From a virus (Duplodnaviria > Caudoviricetes): 30,338 bases of DNA. This document shows, piece after piece, positions 9,823 to 17,228 of this stretch (its first letter is position 1; every line of letters starts with the position of its first letter). The notes below the pieces were generated by a model. It ran no database searches. It was not told the origin of the DNA and saw only the letters and a program-made list of their open reading frames with translations. The stretch lies in IMG/VR virus record IMGVR_UViG_3300021356_000108, positions 1-30,338 of that record; one strand, written 5' to 3'. The position numbers were made by a program, and so were the translations under genes.

Positions 9823-10125
9823 TTATTCTTCCTCCGAGCCGTACCACTCTTCGGTTTCGTCTTCTACCTCATCCTCAATAAATGAAGTGTTGTCCACTAA
9901 ATTTATGACTTCGTCAACCGGTTTGACTTCCCAATCCTCGCCCTCTGCAATAAGTCTAGGTATGCTCAAATCATTCCATAGACGACCTTTGGATTCTTTT
10001 AGTCTTTTCCAGTCTCCGCCATTTACTTCCGTCCACTCATCTTTGGTAAATGTTAAACCAGATACTTCGTCACCGATTGAATCGGCGGGATATATTGGGT
10101 TAACCTTAACTTTTACTTTTGCCAT
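9823..10125 (-). CDS. Hypothetical acidic protein, 100 aa
   Basis: GAGAGG RBS; colinear with the tail operon; acidic C-terminus. Confidence 0.75.
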   Translation of the reverse strand: MAKVKVKVNPIYPADSIGDEVSGLTFTKDEWTEVNGGDWKRLKESKGRLWNDLSIPRLIAEGEDWEVKPVDEVINLVDNTSFIEDEVEDETEEWYGSEEE

Positions 10126-10171
10126 ATTTACCTCTCAAGTAATATTAGAGGATTTTTTTTGAGTTTAAGGT

Positions 10172-10648
10172 TTATGCAGTATAACGATATGTCATATTGG
10201 CTGTGATTTGAAACTCTGCTATTTGTCGTTCTCTATTTTCTATTCTTACGGGTGCTACTGCTATTTCAAAACCATAAATTACCGCGTTTACACCGCCATT
10301 TGATAAAACCTCTACACGACTTTCTGTGAATAATTCTTTATATATTATTTGTGCAATATTGCTTGCTGTTGAATAGTCTGGCTCTGGTTTTGTCCCGTCA
10401 CCACCCCAACGACCTGCATAAACATAAATAGCTAAAGTAGCGATATTGATCGGTGCTTGTGACGCAGGATCGCTTAACAAATTACCCTGATTTTCTATAA
10501 CTACAAAAGGTAGGGTAGGGTTTTGCGGTAGCTTAGTAGCTACTCTTTGTGATATTTCATTTGTTATTGTACTTTTACTTAGCAACCATGTTCTTAAAAC
10601 TATTTCAGGATCAGGTGGCATACTTGTAGTACTATCAACTCCGGGCAT
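10172..10648 (-). CDS. Tail terminator / tail completion protein, 158 aa
   Basis: PDPEIVLRTWL..RVATKLPQNPTLPFVVI pattern; canonical position upstream of major tail. Confidence 0.78.
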   Translation of the reverse strand: MPGVDSTTSMPPDPEIVLRTWLLSKSTITNEISQRVATKLPQNPTLPFVVIENQGNLLSDPASQAPINIATLAIYVYAGRWGGDGTKPEPDYSTASNIAQIIYKELFTESRVEVLSNGGVNAVIYGFEIAVAPVRIENRERQIAEFQITANMTYRYTA

Positions 10649-10650
10649 AA

Positions 10651-11625
10651 TTAATCCTCATCTCCTAACAAGAAGTCTAATAGACCAGACGGGTCTTTTA
10701 TTTGATTTTCATATTGTATTTCAAAATCGTCTTTTTTAGGTGGATCGGGTTGATAAGCATAAAAGTTTCCTTTATCTTGTCTAGTTTTACCATTTACTTT
10801 TAGTTCATAACCCATATCTGGAAAATAAGCTGTTAATGCGCCTTTTATACCTTTACCTAACCAAGCTCTATTTTTTGGTGGGGTAAAAAATGTATTGTTT
10901 GGTGTGTAATAACCACCATAAACTGTTTTCCACCAATAAGGTGCTTGATCAGCCTCTCCACTTCTATTAGCGGCGCTTGACCCGACTGTTATTATACCTG
11001 ACGCTACACCTCTTTTAGGTGAGTAGTTTATACCTCTAAATCTAATTGAATTTCTCAAGTTCCCTGTTTTTATTGGTGCGCCGGGTGATTCTCCACCTGA
11101 TATTCCTAATAAGTTGTATTGAATATCTTGCATAAGCTCAGGTAATGAAAACTCTTCTATGTTGATCTTCTTTTTAGACATATCTTTTAAAGCTTTTTGA
11201 TATTCTCTTTCTAATCGTCCACCCTGACTTTTAGATAACTCTTGTTTCATATACTCTGTCATAACTCTACCGTTAAATTCAATATCAATTCCAATTTTAT
11301 AGTTGTAATGGTTTTGAACTTTCATAGTCGCAAACTTTCCATACATACGGTTAGCAATACGAGTAATAGGTCCCATACTTTGTGGTATTAAAGTTTGACC
11401 AAGACGACCTGCAATACGACCCGCAACACGCCTTTGAATACGCATCATAGGTCCTTGCCCTCTTGGTGTTAAAGATTTAAAGTCAGCATTTATACGAGCA
11501 AATTGTAAAGCACTACTTCTAATTGGTCTTAGAGGTTGTTGTAAAACATCTAAAGATATTATGTCACCTGCGCCGACAGAGGTTTTGTAGAATATATCTC
11601 TAAACTGCTTGTCATATCTAGCCAT
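10651..11625 (-). CDS. HK97 gp10-like neck/tail component with long N-terminal extension, 324 aa
   Basis: APIKTGNLRNSI signature at about residue 183; position between head closure and tail terminator. Confidence 0.65.
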   Translation of the reverse strand: MARYDKQFRDIFYKTSVGAGDIISLDVLQQPLRPIRSSALQFARINADFKSLTPRGQGPMMRIQRRVAGRIAGRLGQTLIPQSMGPITRIANRMYGKFATMKVQNHYNYKIGIDIEFNGRVMTEYMKQELSKSQGGRLEREYQKALKDMSKKKINIEEFSLPELMQDIQYNLLGISGGESPGAPIKTGNLRNSIRFRGINYSPKRGVASGIITVGSSAANRSGEADQAPYWWKTVYGGYYTPNNTFFTPPKNRAWLGKGIKGALTAYFPDMGYELKVNGKTRQDKGNFYAYQPDPPKKDDFEIQYENQIKDPSGLLDFLLGDED

Positions 11626-11960
11626 TATCTACTCTTTCGCACGGTAAGAACTTTTATTAAAGATTTACCGTACCTATTTTTTTTAGTTTCAATTCCTAAA
11701 ATGTCGTAATATTGTGAGCTTATGTTTACTCTATTATCACTTGTGACTGTGACGCTTGCAGGAATAAACAATTCAAATTGATCCATTAATAATTCTGTTT
11801 GATCTTCGTCTTCAGCGCTATTAATTAAAACTAACCTACCTTTAGTTGTACTTGCGCTAGCCCAAGATGAACTTTGTAGCCCTCTATCGTCAACAGTATT
11901 TGATGATATAGACTCAATAGTTATATCTTCTTTTAAAAGGTTGTTGTAATTGTAAGACAT
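11625..11960 (-). CDS. Head closure (head-tail joining) protein, 111 aa
   Basis: ITIE..DDRG..W..; LFIP..VTSDNRVNI..YDILGI pattern of SPP1 gp16-like proteins; size and synteny. Confidence 0.78.
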   Translation of the reverse strand: MSYNYNNLLKEDITIESISSNTVDDRGLQSSSWASASTTKGRLVLINSAEDEDQTELLMDQFELFIPASVTVTSDNRVNISSQYYDILGIETKKNRYGKSLIKVLTVRKSR

Positions 11961-11974
11961 ACAATCACTTTAGT

Positions 11975-12517
11975 TTATATGTCTTGGTTTTTAAGTTTTT
12001 CCCTTAAGGCGTCCATAGCCTCTTTTTGCATTTGTATTTTTAAAATTCTATCACTTGGTTGTCTTTTGCATAATTTACAAACTTTTTGTCTTCCGTCTTT
12101 ATATTTTTGTGATCGGGAAAAAGATTTTATGTCAAGTATTTCACCACATTTTCTACATTGCTTAGTATCTGGATTCCACTCTTTAGCTTTTGCATACTGT
12201 TGTGCTTCTAATACTCCTAGCCAAATTGCAGGATCTTCTTTCATCCAAGTCATAAACTTTTCTAAACCTATTGGCAGATCTTCATATAAAGCTCTTACAG
12301 TAAGTTTATATTTACCATCTCTTATTCGATCAATTATTGTTATTGCTACTTGATGATCTATTGCTGAAATAGGCTCAAAGCCTGCTTGTTCTCTTAACTG
12401 TCTAACTCTTTCGTGTGAACACTCCCATTCTCTAGCCCAATCACTTAAAGGCTTATGAGGGTCTGCTTTAAATAATTCATACGCTCTTTCTACATTAGGT
12501 ACTTTTCTACTTGGCAT
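11975..12517 (-). CDS. Putative DNA-binding protein: sigma70 region-4-like HTH plus C-terminal zinc finger, 180 aa
   Basis: LSDWAREWECSHERVRQLRE (compare the sigma-4 motif TRERIRQIE); KQCRKC..F..DGRQKVCKLC. Confidence 0.7.
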   Translation of the reverse strand: MPSRKVPNVERAYELFKADPHKPLSDWAREWECSHERVRQLREQAGFEPISAIDHQVAITIIDRIRDGKYKLTVRALYEDLPIGLEKFMTWMKEDPAIWLGVLEAQQYAKAKEWNPDTKQCRKCGEILDIKSFSRSQKYKDGRQKVCKLCKRQPSDRILKIQMQKEAMDALREKLKNQDI

Positions 12518-12797
12518 CTTTTCTCTTTCTTGTAAGTCCTCTTTCTTTTCTTATTTTTCTACGCTCACGCTCCGATAATCCACCCCATATACCAAACTTT
12601 TCATTGTTAACTATTGAATATTCTAAACAATGTTCTTGTGCTTTACAGGAATTGCATAATTCTTTTGCTTTTCGAGTGCTAGCACCTCTGTCTGGAAAAA
12701 ATAGATCAGGATCTTCGCCTATGCAATTTGCATCTACTTGCCACCATAATTCTTGTAGTCTTAGTAGATTGCCTAGAGCTTCCTGTTTATAGTCCAC
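12507..12797 (-). CDS. whiB: WhiB-family Fe-S transcriptional regulator (WhiB2-like)
   Basis: Four Cys (C..CxxC.x5.C), DPDLFFPDRGASTRKAK and FGIWGGLSERERR; GTG start with GAGG RBS. Confidence 0.96.
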   Translation of the reverse strand: MDYKQEALGNLLRLQELWWQVDANCIGEDPDLFFPDRGASTRKAKELCNSCKAQEHCLEYSIVNNEKFGIWGGLSERERRKIRKERGLTRKRKDAK

Positions 12798-12946
12798 TTT
12801 TCACCTCTAACGATTTCGTTGAATTGTTGATTTATGAACACTTCTTGCTCAACATTCTTTCTCGTGTATTCGTTAAGGTGTGCGTGAAGCAAACCGTGAT
12901 AATTTAGAAATCCAATAAGCCAAGTGTAAGTTGCTAAATCTAGCAC
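12773..12946 (-). CDS. Hypothetical 57-aa protein
   Basis: GTG overlapping the upstream TAG; MLDLATYTWLIGFLNYHGLLHAHLNEYTRKNVEQEVFINQQFNEIVRGEKWTINRKL*; fills the gap before whiB. Confidence 0.55.
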   Translation of the reverse strand: MLDLATYTWLIGFLNYHGLLHAHLNEYTRKNVEQEVFINQQFNEIVRGEKWTINRKL

Positions 12947-13584
12947 TAAACAAACACCTGTTTTTTATAAGGGGCTATAAGTAAACGATCGCTATCTTTC
13001 AGTAATGGACCGTCAAAATAGGCTAAAGGATCATTGTATTGGACTTGCAAATCACCTATGCGTTCTTCAACTACTGTACTCATACTCGCCCCGTTCGTCG
13101 AGTCGCTTAAGTGAGTATCTACTGTACCGGTATCGGCGTTTGAACTCACATTTAAACTCGACATGAGTATTCTTGCAGAAATTCTTGCGCTTGTAAACTT
13201 TATATCGTCAGGAATTGTTGAATAACCTGCATTGTAAACAACTGTTATGTTTTTAGGTTTAGCACCTGACCAACGACCAAGTACTCTTTCTACCCTACCG
13301 TTAGAGTGAAATACGAAATCACTTTCATTTCCTTCGGTTAAAGAATTACCATCTTCTGTAATTGAGGTTATAGAATTTACAGGAATATGTTTTAAATTTA
13401 TTTCTCTATTGTTATCACCAAACAATACTTCAGTTTGATTAGACGCTTCTATATCATAACCTAGATATGTTTTGATAATTTGATCAGCAAAAGGTATTAA
13501 AGAGTTTGTGACTGTACTTTCAAGCGTAGTGCTTAAATCTACCCCTATGATACTTTCGACATCACTAACTGTGCAAAGAGCCAT
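12946..13584 (-). CDS. Head-tail adaptor/connector protein, 212 aa
   Basis: ALCTVSDVE..IKTYLG..PVNSITSI..ITVVYNAGYSTIPDDIK..ERIGD pattern; AAGGAG RBS. Confidence 0.85.
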   Translation of the reverse strand: MALCTVSDVESIIGVDLSTTLESTVTNSLIPFADQIIKTYLGYDIEASNQTEVLFGDNNREINLKHIPVNSITSITEDGNSLTEGNESDFVFHSNGRVERVLGRWSGAKPKNITVVYNAGYSTIPDDIKFTSARISARILMSSLNVSSNADTGTVDTHLSDSTNGASMSTVVEERIGDLQVQYNDPLAYFDGPLLKDSDRLLIAPYKKQVFV

Positions 13585-13594
13585 TTAGATCTCC

Positions 13595-13834
13595 TTACTT
13601 GCTAGATTTGTTCTCTTTAGGTTTTACTGCTTTTGTTTCTACTTCTTTTTTGGAACTTTTCTTAGCAGGTTTTTTCCAACCAATTTCTTTTAAATAGCTT
13701 TCAGGATAAGTTTTACCTGCGCCACCCACTTTAGAAGCGTTAGATTTTGGAAGTTCAGCTTTAGGTCCTTCAAAGATTGACCCGTCGCCTAATACCCATA
13801 AGTCTTTTTCCAATTTAATGAATTTTTCTGCCAT
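13595..13834 (-). CDS. Hypothetical lysine-rich protein, 79 aa
   Basis: Typical small post-capsid ORF ending ..ETKAVKPKENKSSK. Confidence 0.7.
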   Translation of the reverse strand: MAEKFIKLEKDLWVLGDGSIFEGPKAELPKSNASKVGGAGKTYPESYLKEIGWKKPAKKSSKKEVETKAVKPKENKSSK

Positions 13835-13854
13835 AATAAATCAATTCTACTTTC

Positions 13855-13923
13855 TTATTTCTTTTTTTTAGGTCTTTTACCGTATGGTTTAGATTTTGGT
13901 TTTTTTCCGTTATGCCAACTCAT
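13855..13923 (-). CDS. 22-aa highly basic micro-peptide
   Basis: MSWHNGKKPKSKPYGKRPKKKK* with GAGAGGA RBS upstream. Confidence 0.6.
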   Translation of the reverse strand: MSWHNGKKPKSKPYGKRPKKKK

Positions 13924-13935
13924 TTGTGTCCTCTC

Positions 13936-13967
13936 TATAAAATATGGGGGCGCGTAGCCCCCATATT
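13936..13967 (-). terminator. Intrinsic terminator after major capsid gene
   Basis: 11-bp perfect stem AATATGGGGGC/GCCCCCATATT, 5-nt loop, short U tract. Confidence 0.8.
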
Positions 13968-13984
13968 CTAAATACTAAACGCTA

Positions 13985-15226
13985 TTAAGCGCTTGTGATC
14001 TTATGGAAAGCGGCTTGTCTGTAAACAGGGAAACCAACTCTCATAGTAGCTCTAATCACCATGATGTTCTTTGTAAAGTTCTCACCGTGACTATCGCTGA
14101 CTGCGATGTCAATTCCTTGCCTCATTACGACATGTGCTGCTTCTCCACCGCCGAACTTACCAACTAGGATTGTTCCTTCGCTTATCGCGGTTGTAGGAAC
14201 AACTTTTAATCCCCAAAGTTGGTTAGCAACGCCACCTGCATATCCACCGGCTTGGGTGAATACAGGAGCTTTAGCTGCATATCCTGCGGATGAAGTACCC
14301 GCAAAGTCCTCGTCTAATTGAAGCACAATCTGTGCCCAATCGTTAGGGTGGATTACGATAGCATCTGGCTCTGTGAAAGCATTTACTCTAATATCGGTAA
14401 TTGCTCCATAGACTGCACCAATTCTACCAAGACCTCCTGCGTAAGAGCCATAAGCTGTTGAGCCTACGGATGACTTACCGGCATCTAAGATACCTTCGAG
14501 GTTTGGTGATGTACCGTCACCAGCTATTAGCTGACTGTCTAGTCTTAATCTCATCATTGTTTGTAGTCTTGAGTTCAAATATCCCTCTAAACCAGAAACA
14601 TCTTGCATTAACTCATCTGTGACAGGTATGTTAACACCTAGTTTTGAGATTGTTGCTGTTCTCTCGGTGAATGCTAATGCTGCCTCGCCAACTGCTGCAG
14701 CTTCTGCTGCTTCTGCGGCGTTATTTGTAAAGGTTGTTTCTTCCAAATATACAAACGCATTTTGGTCTGTTTGTATTTGGTCAAATAACCCAATAACTGC
14801 ATTAGGATCACGAAGAGCTGTTTCTAAAATACCCGGTTGTCTTAATGACTCTGGTGGGTAGCCTGTTGTAGTCAAGTTTGTCTTGACTTCAAAAGGAACT
14901 GTGCTTTGAATATTCTTAGCACCATTTTCAACATAGCCTTTGTAAGCTGCTGATTTTAGAACTTCTGCACCAAAAGATGAGCCTTTTGACTCTTCGGATG
15001 GTGTAGGTACGCTTGCTACTGCTTCGCCTGAAATGTCTAATTTAGACTTTGCTTCTGCAACTTTAAGATCATCTCTTAAACCTGCTAATGCTTCATTTCT
15101 TTCAATGACTGCATTTTTTTGTTCAGGGGTAGAAGGTCCCTCTTGAGCTTCGATTGTATCGAAAAGCCCTTTAAGTTCAGCAGACTCTTTAGCTATATCT
15201 TCACGAATTTTATTCACTTCGCTCAT
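13985..15226 (-). CDS. Major capsid protein, HK97 fold, 413 aa
   Basis: N-terminal coiled-coil delta domain; VTDELMQD, QLIAGDGTSPNLEGIL, IVIHPNDW, LWGLKVVPT, NFTKNIMVIRA..R..FPVYRQAAF; AGGAG RBS. Confidence 0.97.
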   Translation of the reverse strand: MSEVNKIREDIAKESAELKGLFDTIEAQEGPSTPEQKNAVIERNEALAGLRDDLKVAEAKSKLDISGEAVASVPTPSEESKGSSFGAEVLKSAAYKGYVENGAKNIQSTVPFEVKTNLTTTGYPPESLRQPGILETALRDPNAVIGLFDQIQTDQNAFVYLEETTFTNNAAEAAEAAAVGEAALAFTERTATISKLGVNIPVTDELMQDVSGLEGYLNSRLQTMMRLRLDSQLIAGDGTSPNLEGILDAGKSSVGSTAYGSYAGGLGRIGAVYGAITDIRVNAFTEPDAIVIHPNDWAQIVLQLDEDFAGTSSAGYAAKAPVFTQAGGYAGGVANQLWGLKVVPTTAISEGTILVGKFGGGEAAHVVMRQGIDIAVSDSHGENFTKNIMVIRATMRVGFPVYRQAAFHKITSA

Positions 15227-15236
15227 TTTTTTACTC

Positions 15237-16667
15237 CTAAATGTCTTCTGTTGTTTCTTCTATTTCTATATCGGTTAATATTGTTTCGGTTGCGATTCTT
15301 TGACTTTCTAGCCAAAGACCGTCTAACTCATTGTCTAATACTTCTTCAGTTGGTAATTCCGCTTCGTCAACAGGATCTTCCTCTTGTCTTTCCTCGTCGG
15401 TATCAATTTCTGGTTCTTCCGCAGGCTCTTCCTCGGGTTTAACCTCGGTTTCCTCTACGATTTCCTCAGCTTCTGCTACCGGCTCGTTAGATTCGATTAC
15501 TTCCTCTTGTTGTACTTCGTCAACAACTTCTGTTGTGTCTTCCAATGCACCCTCCGTTCCAAATTCATCTACGAATTTGTCTATTTCATCAAAAGCGTCT
15601 TGTACGCTTTCTTGAACTGTCCTGAGAGCTTCAGTCGCCGAAACCCCCAACTTCCTACCATTCTTTGCTCTAAGTTCCCCAATGGATTGAACTCGAGCTA
15701 CGAGATTATTTAATGCAGCAAGCACATCTTTCACCTCATCCGAAAATCGCTTACCTTGCACGCTGGCACGATCATCGAAAACTTCACTATCCGCATTTCC
15801 AACATTGTTAATTTTTTCACTAATGTCTTTTAAAGTTTGCATAGAAACTTCGTCTGTTGGGATAGATTTTAAAATTTCTTTCATATTGTTAGCTATTTCA
15901 TTTAGATAACTAACTGATGTATCTTGTTTTTTCAAAAGAGCTTCATAATCTTCGTGAGTTTTACACGGCATGTAATATGTTGCACCGTCCATCTCGTGAG
16001 TATGCGATCCCTCACAACCCATTTGTTTGGCTCTATTTTCAGCCTCTTGTGGCGTTAAGAAAAGATCTCCTGATAGAGCTTCTTTCTTTTCGTCGTCGGC
16101 GACAACTTCTTCTTCTTTAGGCTCTTCTTGTTGTATGCTGTCGTGTGACAATACACCTTTTTCGTCTGTTTCATCCTTTTGACTTTTTATAGCCATAGTA
16201 AATGTTTCTTGGTTTGCACCTACCAAAACCGGACTAACTTCATACACAGATAAATCTTTAAGATAACGAACTTCCGCTTCGTCTTGATCGTCTTTTTTAA
16301 ATTTTCCATACTCACTATCATTTACTCTAAAACCAAATGACCATTGTTGTAGGTTTCCCATATTCTTTACAAGTTTGTAAGCTTCAGCACCTGACTCGGT
16401 GTCCATAAAAAATTCACCGTCAAACACAGCTTTTTCTTCGTCTTTTACAATTCGACCTTTACCAATAGGTTTATCCCATTGGTGCGCCCATACCATAGGT
16501 ACGGTTTCACTTTCTTGATCGAATCCTGATTTGATAGCTTGTGGTAATACAACATCACCATCGCTGTCAATATCATTGAATAAAGAGAAAACAGCTTTGA
16601 CTTGCCCTTTTTGATCTTCCCCTTCTTTAAACTCTACTTGTATTTTTTTATACTCATCATTTTTCAT
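15237..16667 (-). CDS. HK97-type prohead protease with acidic scaffold-like C-terminus, 476 aa
   Basis: DSDGDVVLPQA, MVWAHQW..PIGKG, QQWSFGF, YEVSPVLVGAN (His/Ser catalytic motifs). Confidence 0.93.
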   Translation of the reverse strand: MKNDEYKKIQVEFKEGEDQKGQVKAVFSLFNDIDSDGDVVLPQAIKSGFDQESETVPMVWAHQWDKPIGKGRIVKDEEKAVFDGEFFMDTESGAEAYKLVKNMGNLQQWSFGFRVNDSEYGKFKKDDQDEAEVRYLKDLSVYEVSPVLVGANQETFTMAIKSQKDETDEKGVLSHDSIQQEEPKEEEVVADDEKKEALSGDLFLTPQEAENRAKQMGCEGSHTHEMDGATYYMPCKTHEDYEALLKKQDTSVSYLNEIANNMKEILKSIPTDEVSMQTLKDISEKINNVGNADSEVFDDRASVQGKRFSDEVKDVLAALNNLVARVQSIGELRAKNGRKLGVSATEALRTVQESVQDAFDEIDKFVDEFGTEGALEDTTEVVDEVQQEEVIESNEPVAEAEEIVEETEVKPEEEPAEEPEIDTDEERQEEDPVDEAELPTEEVLDNELDGLWLESQRIATETILTDIEIEETTEDI

Positions 16668-16779
16668 GAAAAATTTCTCCTGTGTAAACCAAGTGCGCTA
16701 TTACAAATATTAACTAATAATTTTTAAAGTTTGCGTATTTAGGGTAGCCCATGACAAAAACTCAAATTTTGCATATCTC

Positions 16780-16794
16780 TGGTATAATTTAGGT
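16780..16794 (+). promoter_or_regulatory. Extended -10 promoter for a leaderless transcript
   Basis: TGG-TATAAT (16783-16788), then 6 nt, then ATG 16795. Confidence 0.65.
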
Positions 16795-17028
16795 ATGAAA
16801 GTAGATGTCCTATTGATTTCGACTTTACATACAAGTTCCGGTAGCTTTCAGCTGACTATCTTGTCGGATGGCACAGGTACGGCAGAAATCTTCGGTGAAA
16901 CCGTGCAATTAAAACGCAACGGTAATAAAATAGATATATCAGGTAAATTCAACGCACGCGACTTTAAGCGTGGCGCTGAGGAAAGAGATGAAATAGTATC
17001 ATGGCTGAAAGAGGAAATGAAGCTATAA
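16795..17028 (+). CDS. Hypothetical protein, 77 aa (antisense to head operon)
   Basis: Fills the portal-protease gap, has its own promoter, beta-rich globular-looking sequence. Confidence 0.7.
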   Translation: MKVDVLLISTLHTSSGSFQLTILSDGTGTAEIFGETVQLKRNGNKIDISGKFNARDFKRGAEERDEIVSWLKEEMKL

Positions 17029-17228
17029 AAACTGTAAGAGCGGACAAAGAATTTCAAAAATTTATGGATGTTGTTGCAGTTAGTGACAAAACAAATAGAA
17101 ATAAAATTATCACCGATTGGCTAGCATTGTTATCTAGTGAAGAGCAAATTAGGTTAGTTAATAAACTTAAAGAGCGTGGTGTAGATTATATACCTAACGA
17201 AAATACTAGATTTTTTGAAAATTCTTAA
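17001..17228 (+). CDS. Hypothetical protein, 75 aa
   Basis: Overlaps the previous ORF and converges on the portal stop with a 4-nt overlap. Confidence 0.6.
   Translation: MAERGNEAIKTVRADKEFQKFMDVVAVSDKTNRNKIITDWLALLSSEEQIRLVNKLKERGVDYIPNENTRFFENS

Noticed and set aside
12030-12170. HNH homing endonuclease in the 180-aa protein
   Set aside because: Only the CxxC..CxxC zinc module is present; no HNH or endonuclease VII catalytic motif follows
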